Shown: positions 27,389 through 35,937 of the stretch, one piece after another
Layout of the letters: the number at the start of each line of letters is the position of its first letter
Numbering within the stretch: position 1 is the stretch's first letter
IMG/VR virus record: IMGVR_UViG_3300020043_002961
Span: 1 to 38,722 of that record
Source: a virus
Taxonomy: Duplodnaviria; Caudoviricetes
DNA: 38,722 bases
Reading direction: 5' to 3' (one strand)
The notes under the pieces: generated by a model
Database searches by the model: none
Told to the model about the DNA's origin: nothing
The model's input: the letters and a program-made list of their open reading frames with translations, nothing else
Translations under genes and position numbers: made by a program

Positions 27389-27702
27389 CTAACTGTTTGC
27401 TTGGCGCATTGATTCCAATGCCGCCGATTCCATTACACGAATGTCATCGAATGCAACCTTCCAGTCGTTCGATGGCAGGCCGAGATTATCAATCATGCGG
27501 AATAGGACGTTGTAGTCCAAACCTGTCGGCCCACCCATCCCGATTCGCCACTGAGTAGCGACCGCGATAAACAGGTCTACAGTTTGCCAGTTTTCGGGCC
27601 AAACTTCAACTGTTTGAGACGCCATAAGACCAGAAAGATCAAACCCGTTTCTGGGTTTGTCTTTCGGTTCCGGCGTATACAGCGACGAAGCGACCCGTCT
27701 TA
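27389..27702 (-). CDS. tail assembly chaperone extension (gpT/DUF1799-like), expressed by -1 frameshift
   Basis: VWPENW...TQWR.G..GLDY...ME.AAL; frame open up to the slippery site. Confidence 0.8.
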
Positions 27703-28092
27703 GTTTCCCAGACGGCCTTCAGTGATGGCGTTTCGGTAGCTGCTCATGATGGCCATGGCCGCAGCTGGAAGCTCGTCGCAGAGCTGAGCAACGGCACGGC
27801 GGCTGAATTCGATGTCCAAGTTCCAGCCGTCAGCGACCTTCATGATGTAGTCGGCATTGGTTTCTTTTGTCTTTTCAAGCGCGTCGGCCAATGAGAATTT
27901 TTGCTCTTCGTCGCCAGATCCAGTTGGAGCAACGCCTGCGTCTTCCATCAGGTTGTCAATCATTTTGCCGAATTCAGTGCGCGTGCGGTACACATAGCTC
28001 ATCTCAATAGAGCCTTCGCCGCCTTCAAGCATTGGAATGTTGACGATTGCTTTGAAGTTTTTGGGGCGTGAGCCAAGTACGATTTTTGCCAT
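27700..28092 (-). CDS. tail assembly chaperone (gpG-like)
   Basis: ATG 28092; ends GRLGN; between major tail protein and TMP. Confidence 0.85.
   Translation of the reverse strand: MAKIVLGSRPKNFKAIVNIPMLEGGEGSIEMSYVYRTRTEFGKMIDNLMEDAGVAPTGSGDEEQKFSLADALEKTKETNADYIMKVADGWNLDIEFSRRAVAQLCDELPAAAMAIMSSYRNAITEGRLGN
27703..27709 (-). other. -1 frameshift heptamer G GGA AAC (G/GT type)
   Basis: ctg gga aac taa at the end of the chaperone gene. Confidence 0.8.
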
Positions 28093-28202
28093 TTGGATGT
28101 TTCCTTTGGGTGTTGAAAATGCCAGCAGAAGAGCTGTCAAGCAGATCATTTGGTTCACCCATTGTATTCCAAAAACTTTTCAGTTGTGACATTCACAAAA
28201 AC

Positions 28203-28230
28203 AAAAAAAAGCCACCCGAAGGTGGCTTCT
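28203..28230 (-). terminator. intrinsic terminator after the major tail gene
   Basis: agaagccacc-ttcg-ggtggc-tttttttt. Confidence 0.85.
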
Positions 28231-28245
28231 CTTCGATACGTTGTA

Positions 28246-28893
28246 TCAACTCGCGTAAGAGATGCTTCTGCCCAAAAGGGTCAAAGCAGCAGTCACAGAG
28301 TTCGCCTGGTTCACGTTAAGTGATGGAGCCTCAGACACGCTCATGTAGCCGTAACCGTAGGTCACAGCGCCACCAGACAAGACCATCTTGAACGCGACTT
28401 TGGACAAAGTGCGGCTGATGTCGAGCATGGTTTGGTAGTTTGCGTTGGCTGGATCGTGACCCAAAGTCAGCGTGATGCTGGTGGCGTTAAAGCCAGTTGG
28501 GATGTTGATCGAGTTACGACGAGCAATTGGGCTGATAGTCGTGAAACGAGCGTCGCCGCCAGAAGTGGCGATGGTCAACACTTGCGGGATTTCAGTCCAG
28601 CTAGACACTTTTTGCGCGTTGCCAACACCGCCACCAGCAGAGTAGAAGTCTGTGTCGGTAGAGTTCAAACCAGTGACGCCGAATGTGTCAGCAGTCAACG
28701 AATCGACTTTATACACGGTGTCGGTTGCATCTTCCCAGCCAGAAGTCAAGATGACTTCGTCGCCGTCTGAGTAGCCGTGCGAAGTCGCAGAGGCCACAGC
28801 AGTGGAAGCGTTAGACAATGCGGTAATTGTTTTTGCAGACGCGAAGTCTTGCGAAAAATAAAATTTACTGCCCTCGGGGAAAAAGTAGGCCAT
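28246..28893 (-). CDS. major tail tube protein (Phage_tail_3-like)
   Basis: ATG 28893 after AGGAG; HGYSDGD.V..TSGW, WTEIPQV..SGG. Confidence 0.88.
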   Translation of the reverse strand: MAYFFPEGSKFYFSQDFASAKTITALSNASTAVASATSHGYSDGDEVILTSGWEDATDTVYKVDSLTADTFGVTGLNSTDTDFYSAGGGVGNAQKVSSWTEIPQVLTIATSGGDARFTTISPIARRNSINIPTGFNATSITLTLGHDPANANYQTMLDISRTLSKVAFKMVLSGGAVTYGYGYMSVSEAPSLNVNQANSVTAALTLLGRSISYAS

Positions 28894-29003
28894 GATTAAA
28901 ACTCCTGTGAAATGTCCGGCCGGACGAAGCACTTACGTGCGCCATTGAGCGAAAACCACTCTACATGGATTTTAGAGCGATTTTCAGATGCGTTGCAAGG
29001 CAT

Positions 29004-29357
29004 TTATCGCAAATCGCGAATAACGAAGTCCTGAATCGCACCGCGCAAACCAGTCTCTTTATCTGCAACTGAAACCAGTTCTGCCGAGGCTTGCGCAGCA
29101 AACAGTGTCGATGTGCGCAGCGCTGAGTCTGCGGCCAAGATCAATTGAGATGCACCAAGCCTAGTTTCTGCCCATACGTTGATCTGGATCACAGCTCCGC
29201 GCATATTTGGCACAGACTTGCCAAGTGGCTTGATTGACGTGCCGCCAATCTGATTCCAAGTGATGAACGGGCGAGCCGTGTTCTCTGGGGCGAAGTCTGG
29301 GTAGACGTTATCGCACACAGTTTTCAGTACCGTGTCGACGTTTGATTCGAGACTCAT
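29004..29357 (-). CDS. tail terminator (DUF3168-like)
   Basis: VYPD.AP....PFITW.QIGG...QINVWA.TR; position. Confidence 0.8.
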   Translation of the reverse strand: MSLESNVDTVLKTVCDNVYPDFAPENTARPFITWNQIGGTSIKPLGKSVPNMRGAVIQINVWAETRLGASQLILAADSALRTSTLFAAQASAELVSVADKETGLRGAIQDFVIRDLR

Positions 29358-29833
29358 AGTTCACCGATCCTCTTCATGATGACGCTTTCAACCGCAGCAA
29401 TTGCTTCGGCTCGTTTGTTGATCAAGGCAGGCCGCAAGAATGGCTTTCTATTCGGCGCAAATGGGTTTAGGCCGTACTCAACGAACAATCCATACGGAGC
29501 CTTGGTGAAGTTCCAGCTCACATGGTAAGTGGCCTTCTCTGTCGTTGAGTTGTCTTTTGAGTAGACCTGATAGATGGCCTTCTGCAAGTTGCCTGGCTCA
29601 AACCTGTACCGGCCAGTCTTGCTCTCGCTACCTTTTTTCCACGATGTACCGTAGAAAAAGTGAGGCTTGTCGCTTCTGCCAGCCAATCGCTTGGCCTCTT
29701 CGTAAAGCACGTTTGCGCCAGCTTGCGCAGCTGGCCTGACAGATTCTTCTGCGGCGTCCTCAAGGCGAGACATCAGAGCGTCAAACTGAGACGTGTCAAC
29801 ACGGATGTTGACGCTCTTGGCTCCTTTAGCCAC
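29354..29833 (-). CDS. HK97 gp10-like tail completion protein
   Basis: RPAAQAGA..LY.EAK, APYG.FVEYG, PFLRPA. Confidence 0.8.
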   Translation of the reverse strand: MAKGAKSVNIRVDTSQFDALMSRLEDAAEESVRPAAQAGANVLYEEAKRLAGRSDKPHFFYGTSWKKGSESKTGRYRFEPGNLQKAIYQVYSKDNSTTEKATYHVSWNFTKAPYGLFVEYGLNPFAPNRKPFLRPALINKRAEAIAAVESVIMKRIGEL

Positions 29834-30146
29834 CGTATACCTCGCAAACCAGATCCATGTAGTCCTTGTTCGCGACATCGCGCAGCACTGATTGGATCTG
29901 ATAAGTCACGGAGCCGTGCACAACACGCATAGCAGCCGTCACACCGGCCTTATAGCGAACGCGAATGCTGGCCTTGACAGTTGATGTCACCTCGCCAGAT
30001 TTTATCGACTCCATGCCGCTTTTGTGGCGAATCTCCGCCCACACGGTCGCAAACGTCGTCCAAGTGTTGACAGGCTGGCCAATCTCATCTTGAGTAGCCG
30101 ACTGCTGCTGAATCGTCACGCGATTTTTTAGGCTACCTGCTTGCAT
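29826..30146 (-). CDS. head closure protein (SPP1 gp16-like)
   Basis: AG.L.NRVTIQ...D..GQ...W...ATVWA. Confidence 0.9.
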   Translation of the reverse strand: MQAGSLKNRVTIQQQSATQDEIGQPVNTWTTFATVWAEIRHKSGMESIKSGEVTSTVKASIRVRYKAGVTAAMRVVHGSVTYQIQSVLRDVANKDYMDLVCEVYGG

Positions 30147-30470
30147 TTACATCCCCATGTTGATGCGGAATGGGTCAAGCAACCACTTGACGCCAAACGG
30201 CAATTCGACAATCGCTGATCGCATTGGCTGCACGGATGCCTCGCGGTTCGCGTACAGATTTCCGACCTGCAAGAGAACCGCGCTCTTGACTGCGTCGTTC
30301 ATCACGAGCCCGTCCAAGTCGCTACCTGCGGATGATGCGTACAGAGTGCGGTTCAAGTACATTGAGACGGCCTTTTCACAGCCGTCCAGATAGATTTGAA
30401 TCAAAGTGTCTTCATCGTTGTGATCAACGCGAAGGTGCAATTTTGCTTGTGCTAGTGTGGTAATGCTCAT
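30147..30470 (-). CDS. head-tail connector (HK97 gp6-like)
   Basis: AKLHLRVD...ED.LI, AVLL.VG.LYANRE, LLDPFR. Confidence 0.92.
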   Translation of the reverse strand: MSITTLAQAKLHLRVDHNDEDTLIQIYLDGCEKAVSMYLNRTLYASSAGSDLDGLVMNDAVKSAVLLQVGNLYANREASVQPMRSAIVELPFGVKWLLDPFRINMGM

Positions 30471-31081
30471 GGTCTTTCTTCCCAGCGTGCTTTGAATACG
30501 CCCGTTGCTGTCTGATTTCCGATGTTTGAAATCGAGATGTAGTATGTGCCAGCGGGCATCCCGATAGGATCTGAACTGCCGCCAGACACGGAGTCACTTT
30601 TGTTGCCACTGTTAACCTGAAACACATCAAGCAAAGTTCCACCAGTCACGACGCCACCGTTATCCATGTCTACGTGAGTGACATACGATGAATCAATATC
30701 AGAAGTGTTGTTGACGCGCATTACTGGAATGTCGTTTACAAAAGGACTCGTCACTGTACTGCCAGATCGCAATTCAACCCTGACGCTACCGGCCCAGTTA
30801 TCAACAAGAAAGCTATTCAGGAAAACATCAACCGTGGTGATTGCTCGAATCGCAATGCTTGCGCCCTGCTCAATCGAATATTCGTGAAACGCAGCAAACT
30901 CGCGACCAGCGAAAAATCCAGTCTGGCCGGAATCGACACGAAGGCGAGCATACGGGCCGTCTCCATCAGTCATCAGAACCTTTGGCGGATAAGCCTCAAC
31001 GCGCTCGGCGTGCGTCCCATCCCCTCGGTCAACGAGGAGCTTCTTTAAGCTCTGCCAGAAAGGAAAGTTCGTGTTGCTCAT
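30467..31081 (-). CDS. hypothetical beta-rich protein, probably virion-associated
   Basis: RLRVDSGQTGFFAGREF...PAGTYY...WEE; in head operon. Confidence 0.65.
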   Translation of the reverse strand: MSNTNFPFWQSLKKLLVDRGDGTHAERVEAYPPKVLMTDGDGPYARLRVDSGQTGFFAGREFAAFHEYSIEQGASIAIRAITTVDVFLNSFLVDNWAGSVRVELRSGSTVTSPFVNDIPVMRVNNTSDIDSSYVTHVDMDNGGVVTGGTLLDVFQVNSGNKSDSVSGGSSDPIGMPAGTYYISISNIGNQTATGVFKARWEERP

Positions 31082-31097
31082 ACCCAGAGTTTACCTT

Positions 31098-31685
31098 TCA
31101 AAGCTCAGGAATCCAACTCTTTTTGACATCCCATGGTCGCGGGTTGCCATGGAAGCAGATCACGCTTGCACCTGCTGGAGCGGTTTTCAAGGAGTGCGCC
31201 TTGTAGCTGAAGATCTTGTTCGGAAGCTCAAGCTGCCATCTTTTGCACGGCAAAACGTCACGCAGATAACCTTGATCACCCCAGTGCTCACGAGTGACAC
31301 AGCGCTTCATGTGTGCCTCTGGGTTCTCCATCCAGTCAGACCAAACCCTGTCTTTGTCGCGATTCTTGATCAACATCAGGCCGGACGCAGGTAAATGCGG
31401 CTTGTAGAAATCACTGAGCAGCGTCGTGTGCTCAAGCGACTCAAGCTGCTCGATACCACCCAAAACAACCGTGTCAAGGTCGAAAAACAGCAGGTCTTCC
31501 TCAATGTCGGGCCGGAAAAGCTCCATCTTCGCCCACCAGCCTGGCCAGTTGTGTTTGAGCCTTATGGTGTGCACACCCTCAACCTCAACATCCGAAAGGC
31601 AAACCAAATCTGGAACCTGCCGCGCAAGCCACTGTACGTGCTTCGGCCCGTACTCTTTTCCGCTTCTCAAAACGCAAATTCTCAC
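31098..31685 (-). CDS. GT-A fold glycosyltransferase (GT8-like)
   Basis: GWWAKMELF, FFDLDTVV (DxD), SGLM, WGDQGYL, ICFHGNPRPW. Confidence 0.8.
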   Translation of the reverse strand: MRICVLRSGKEYGPKHVQWLARQVPDLVCLSDVEVEGVHTIRLKHNWPGWWAKMELFRPDIEEDLLFFDLDTVVLGGIEQLESLEHTTLLSDFYKPHLPASGLMLIKNRDKDRVWSDWMENPEAHMKRCVTREHWGDQGYLRDVLPCKRWQLELPNKIFSYKAHSLKTAPAGASVICFHGNPRPWDVKKSWIPEL

Positions 31686-32275
31686 AGCAGATCCTCAAGA
31701 TTTTTTCTCGGAAACATATCAAGCGCCGTCACTCGACTTGCATTGATGATTTCAGCGTCAGGATGGTCATCTCTGAGCCGTTTAAACAGCGCAGGCCACC
31801 TGTCTATCTGCTTCGCATTTGCGAGCCCTCTGGGGTGGTTTCCGTGCCAGTGAGCCTTGCCGTCTGTGTGCTGACAATCAAACCCAAGCATGATCACGCG
31901 CTCTGCATCACCGAATAGCGCCAAAGACACTCCGCCAGCGCCAGAATTGCCGTAGGCGTTGAATTTCGCAGGATTCAGGTACGTCGTCATGTACTTCGCT
32001 GGCAGATTGTTCGTGCAGAACCTCTGGCCAACGAAGTCACGATTCACTTCATCAAGATGCAACGACCACCATGGCTCATCAAGAGCAAACAGAGCGTCAG
32101 CCCAAGGTGCAGCTCTGAATGTGGTGTTGGCAACGATTACTGCTTTTTGGCCTTGCGTCCAGTCTTGCTGGCTTTCTTCTCTGGCTCGCCAGTCTCTGAC
32201 TCGCTCGATGTCTCCTCTTGTGAGGCTTGGCCCACTGGCAAGGACGACGACTGTGCCTCCTCGCCATCTTCCACT
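31682..32275 (-). CDS. Maf/DUF115 (MptE-like, sialyltransferase-fold) transferase domain lacking its own start; predicted -1 frameshift fusion
   Basis: TVVVLASGPSL, VIVAN, ADALFALD..WW, GNSG, VIMLGFD, HWHG.H, IINAS..TAL..F; no ATG/GTG/TTG upstream of these motifs. Confidence 0.7.
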   Translation of the reverse strand, partial: SGRWRGGTVVVLASGPSLTRGDIERVRDWRAREESQQDWTQGQKAVIVANTTFRAAPWADALFALDEPWWSLHLDEVNRDFVGQRFCTNNLPAKYMTTYLNPAKFNAYGNSGAGGVSLALFGDAERVIMLGFDCQHTDGKAHWHGNHPRGLANAKQIDRWPALFKRLRDDHPDAEIINASRVTALDMFPRKNLEDLL

Positions 32276-32436
32276 AAAGGGCGATCCATTGCCTCCTTGG
32301 TTTCCATGCGCACAGCTTCTCCGCGTTCAATGAAAAACTTGGCCAATGAGTCATTTACTTCAACAGGCACGCCAGCTGGGAGACGGCCGTAGCCAACAGC
32401 CATGATTGGCTTTTTCGAGGTGATAACGATTTTCAT
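32137..32436 (-). CDS. small capsid-adjacent protein (99 aa) with acidic then basic low-complexity tail
   Basis: Overlaps HNH stop; position after the capsid gene. Confidence 0.75.
   Translation of the reverse strand: MKIVITSKKPIMAVGYGRLPAGVPVEVNDSLAKFFIERGEAVRMETKEAMDRPLVEDGEEAQSSSLPVGQASQEETSSESETGEPEKKASKTGRKAKKQ
32236..32298 (-). other. predicted -1 programmed ribosomal frameshift signal
   Basis: AAGGAGG (32298-32292), 10 nt, C CCT TTA (32281-32275), 8 nt, stem TGGCGAGGA/TCCTTGCCA. Confidence 0.75.
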
Positions 32437-33113
32437 AGGAGATGCTCCAATCTTGCGCTTTTGCGCTGGTTTTCTTCAGCCCACAAGGGACGAAGGTTTG
32501 TAAAGTGGTTAAGTCGGATTATGTCATCTTCACAAGCTGCTGTCGCTAGTGGAATGATGTGGTCAATGTGCCACAGGTTTCTGTTTTGCCACGTCATGCC
32601 TTCTTGAAATTGACGCTCAATGTGCAGGTGAAACTCTTCCCAAGTGCAACCGATCATTTCTGATGTTGATGAGCCTTTTCTTAGACCAATCCCTTTCATG
32701 GCTAGGCGCACTCTGTGAGATATTTTTCCTTTCAAGTAATAAATATCATCGCTCAACCTTCTCAATTTGCATCTTTCAACAGCCTTTGCGTAATATTTTT
32801 TCCTGTTTAATGACCATTGCTTTTCTTGGTTTGCTCTTACCTTTTCTTTATTTTTTATAGACCACAGCCTGTCTCGTCTTCTTATTTCGTCTATGTTTTC
32901 TATTCTGTACTGTCTTTTTTTCTTGATCAGTAGGTCTCTGTTTTTTATGTTGTACTCAGATATGTACTTGGCAATCTTGCCTCTATTTTTATCTCGGTAA
33001 TCTTTGTCGCATTCCTTACACTTGGACTGCAATCCATCCTTGCTTCTGCTCGATTTGGCAAACTCAAACAATGACTTTTCAGTTGAGCATTTATTGCAAA
33101 ATTTGACTTCCAT
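32433..33113 (-). CDS. HNH-type endonuclease with N-terminal Zn finger, inserted in the head operon
   Basis: C..C..EK...F...DGL...CK.C; WHIDHIIPL...NHFTNLRPLW..EN; AT-rich. Confidence 0.85.
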   Translation of the reverse strand: MEVKFCNKCSTEKSLFEFAKSSRSKDGLQSKCKECDKDYRDKNRGKIAKYISEYNIKNRDLLIKKKRQYRIENIDEIRRRDRLWSIKNKEKVRANQEKQWSLNRKKYYAKAVERCKLRRLSDDIYYLKGKISHRVRLAMKGIGLRKGSSTSEMIGCTWEEFHLHIERQFQEGMTWQNRNLWHIDHIIPLATAACEDDIIRLNHFTNLRPLWAEENQRKSARLEHLL

Positions 33114-33156
33114 AAAATCTCCTTTTGCATATTTTACTCGGTTTATTTTTTGCGTT

Positions 33157-33181
33157 AAAAAGCCCTCCGAAGAGGGCTTCT
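33157..33181 (-). terminator. intrinsic terminator after the major capsid gene
   Basis: agaagccctc-ttcg-gagggc-ttttt. Confidence 0.85.
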
Positions 33182-33195
33182 TAAAACTTTACAGC

Positions 33196-34344
33196 TTAAG
33201 CTGAATAGTCACCGTACAAAATGCCAGCAGGACGCTCTGTGCCAAGGCCCAAACGCTCTTCTGCGCGAATTGTAATCAAATTTTTGGTAAAATCTTCGTT
33301 AATGTAACCCATTTCAATTACAGCGCCGCTGCGATTGTAAAGGATTGCAGAGGTGCGCAATGCGCCGATCAGGAACTTGCCAGCTGCCATGTGATTCGAC
33401 AGAATCACGTTGACGCCGAATGGGTTCATGCCAGCAGCCATGCCAGGCATACCGTATAGGTATTCACCCTTACCACCGGTGTAGGTTTCGCGAGTGCGCT
33501 CCATTGCGCCCCAGTCGGCTGGGTTCACGATCACTGTGTCAGGAGCGTTACCAGTTGCCCACAAGGCGTACTTGGCGCGAGAGATTGCATCAACCAACAA
33601 GTCGTCGCTAGATGCGCTATAGGCAGTGAAGTTGCCGCTGTCGGTCAAGCCAGACAAGTTGGGGCTAGTGCCGTTGCCGTTGAGCAACTGAGCGTCGATG
33701 CGCTGGGCCAAGCCGTCACGCAAGCGAGACTCAATGTAAGCCACAACAGCAGGAGCGTCTGCCAGCAACTGATTGCTGATTTTAATCCAGTGAGCAACAG
33801 TCGTGATTGGCACGTTGTATTGCTCAAAGGTTGCATCAGATTCAGCTTTGGACGCGCCTTGAGACACTTCGGCAGCAGAGTTTGTCCAGCTGGCTTCACG
33901 CAAAGCGTTGACCATGTTGGTAGACACAGCGATGCTAGTCAAAGCAGCGCGGATGCTGGTTGGCAAGAAGTTGCCAGGGATGATGCCAGGCTTTTGGTCT
34001 GGGAACACGGTTGTCGAACCAGATGTGACAGTGTTCTTGACTTCAAAGCGAGCGCGTTGAGTGTTGCCAGTCACGAGCTGTTTGAATTGCTCAGACTTAA
34101 CGAACTCTTCAGCAGCAGACAAAGGCTTGGCTTCAACTTGAGCGGCAGCAGTTTGCTTTTGAGCCAACTCAACCATTTGTGCAGACAAAGATTTGAACTG
34201 CTCAGACAGTTCTTTCACTTCGCCCTTAACTTCGGTGTCAACGCCACCTTTTTCTTTGAGCTGGCCTTCGAATTTCTCGATTGCAGCTTGCAATTTCACT
34301 TCTTGCTTGGCCAAGCCAGCTTCGATGATGTCTTTCAGTTCCAT
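33196..34344 (-). CDS. major capsid protein, HK97 fold
   Basis: N-terminal delta coiled coil; TVAHWIKIS.QLLADAP, LNGNG..PNL.G, FTKNLITIRAEERL. Confidence 0.96.
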   Translation of the reverse strand: MELKDIIEAGLAKQEVKLQAAIEKFEGQLKEKGGVDTEVKGEVKELSEQFKSLSAQMVELAQKQTAAAQVEAKPLSAAEEFVKSEQFKQLVTGNTQRARFEVKNTVTSGSTTVFPDQKPGIIPGNFLPTSIRAALTSIAVSTNMVNALREASWTNSAAEVSQGASKAESDATFEQYNVPITTVAHWIKISNQLLADAPAVVAYIESRLRDGLAQRIDAQLLNGNGTSPNLSGLTDSGNFTAYSASSDDLLVDAISRAKYALWATGNAPDTVIVNPADWGAMERTRETYTGGKGEYLYGMPGMAAGMNPFGVNVILSNHMAAGKFLIGALRTSAILYNRSGAVIEMGYINEDFTKNLITIRAEERLGLGTERPAGILYGDYSA

Positions 34345-34362
34345 GATGATTTCCTTCAGGAG

Positions 34363-35001
34363 TTAGTTTGCTTTAATCTGGAATAGCTTGGCAATTTCTT
34401 GCTTCGCCTTTTCTTCTGCCAAAAGCTCACCTTTTAGCAAGGACTTGATGCGCGATACCAGCATACACGCATCATTCCGACTAAAGCCGCCTGACTCCCT
34501 CAGCGCAGCTTCAACTTCACGAATGCTTGAGGCAGTTTCGATTGCAGATTTCACGCTATTTATCGTAGCGTTTAAATCGGCAGGCTCTTCAACCACACTG
34601 ATCTCAAACAATTCAATTTCTTTCAGCAATCGACGGCCATCGCCAATCGACTCGCTTCGTGTTGGCATATAGCCGATCGACATACCGTCAATCGCGCCAT
34701 GCTTCATAGAGGCGTAAACGTCGCCAGCAACAGAGTGGCCAGGAGTCAATTGACCCTCGACAAACAAACCCTTGCTGTCAACAAACATATTCTTCCACTT
34801 GCCGATGATAGGGCCGTAGTGGTTCCAGCGCAAACGAATTGGACGGTCACGATTCACAAGCGTCTTGTCGTATGCGTTCGGGTCGATCGTGTCGCCATAG
34901 GCATCGACTCCGCCAAATACGGAGGCGTAGCCAGAGAACGACATATCGTCACCGACAAATTTCAGTTGGAGCGAATCAACGCCTAATTGTTTGATTTCCA
35001 T
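34363..35001 (-). CDS. HK97-type prohead protease
   Basis: FSGYASVFG.VD.YGD, WNH, IGKW, GMSIGY, LFEISVV..PA. Confidence 0.95.
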   Translation of the reverse strand: MEIKQLGVDSLQLKFVGDDMSFSGYASVFGGVDAYGDTIDPNAYDKTLVNRDRPIRLRWNHYGPIIGKWKNMFVDSKGLFVEGQLTPGHSVAGDVYASMKHGAIDGMSIGYMPTRSESIGDGRRLLKEIELFEISVVEEPADLNATINSVKSAIETASSIREVEAALRESGGFSRNDACMLVSRIKSLLKGELLAEEKAKQEIAKLFQIKAN

Positions 35002-35033
35002 AAAAGTTTCCTTCTTCACGGAATTGTACGACC

Positions 35034-35564
35034 TCAGTGTAACAACAGCAACATTTCGTTGCGCTTTCTTTTTGCTCGTCGGATCACCTCATCGGCCAGT
35101 AATGGCCACGGTTGCCACTCTAGATCCTGCCGCTGATTTCCACCTTGAGCGATGTATACGGGCTGAGGCTTCGTGCCTGATGCTGAGAATGTGTCGGACG
35201 CCTCGGATGCAGACAGCTCTCCATCGACGGGCACATCTCCAACAGATGAAAAATTATCCTTTCCAGCTTCGGTTGCATTCAGTTCGCCAGACAGGAACGC
35301 GACGCCAGAAGCTGAAATCGAATCCTCGCCAGTCTCAATTGCTTCGAGCGATCCCTGCGCCGTAATATCGCCAGCCGCGTAAAACGTGTCGGAGCCCTCG
35401 GTGGCAGAAAGTACACCAGAGGCGGGTAGCGCGAAGTATATTGGGGAGTCAAATACATCAACGCCCTCTGCCTTTTGGTGGAAAAAGTAGTACCAATTGG
35501 CCTGAACTATGCCACCAAGGGAGGAGCCATCGCCCTCCAGTGCCGACATGGTTCCTGTTGTCAT
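35034..35564 (-). CDS. repeat-containing acidic protein, possible head fiber
   Basis: Four ~21-aa repeats G.L.A.E..D.F...G. Confidence 0.6.
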   Translation of the reverse strand: MTTGTMSALEGDGSSLGGIVQANWYYFFHQKAEGVDVFDSPIYFALPASGVLSATEGSDTFYAAGDITAQGSLEAIETGEDSISASGVAFLSGELNATEAGKDNFSSVGDVPVDGELSASEASDTFSASGTKPQPVYIAQGGNQRQDLEWQPWPLLADEVIRRAKRKRNEMLLLLH

Positions 35565-35935
35565 GGCGCGTGCGTAATTGAGGCGCTATTGATTGTGATT
35601 GTCTGGCTAGCAGTGATGGTCACGCTGTCAAGATTGATGTCAGCACCCGACGTGCCGACTGTCAGGCCGGTGATGATGTCGGTGCCGTCAACCGATGTGC
35701 GAATGCGTGCGGCCGCTGCCGTGCCGCTGTTGTCGGCCGTTGTATCAGACTTCGGAAAGCCAGAAAACGTCATCACGCCTGAAGCCACCGTTGCGGCTGG
35801 GTTGTCGAGCGGGATCACGGCCAACACAGCAGCCATGGACGCAGTGCCAATTTCCAGCACTGCCGTTGTGCCCATGGCCGTCACGACGGCGCTCAAACGG
35901 GCGTTTTTCACTGCGGTTGTGTATGTCACGGCCAT
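35561..35935 (-). CDS. Thr/Ala-rich beta protein, possible head decoration or spike base
   Basis: SGTAAAARI...GLTVGTSGADINL..V.I...QT.TI.S..IT. Confidence 0.6.
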   Translation of the reverse strand: MAVTYTTAVKNARLSAVVTAMGTTAVLEIGTASMAAVLAVIPLDNPAATVASGVMTFSGFPKSDTTADNSGTAAAARIRTSVDGTDIITGLTVGTSGADINLDSVTITASQTITINSASITHAP

Positions 35936-35937
35936 GT

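Noticed and set aside
27389-28092. G/GT frameshift as a novelty
   Set aside because: Well-established feature of long-tailed phages; listed as a feature only
31682-32062. TTG-initiated 126-aa protein as the full product
   Set aside because: It would lack the conserved GxGPSL-type N-terminal motif encoded in-frame upstream, and no clear SD precedes the TTG
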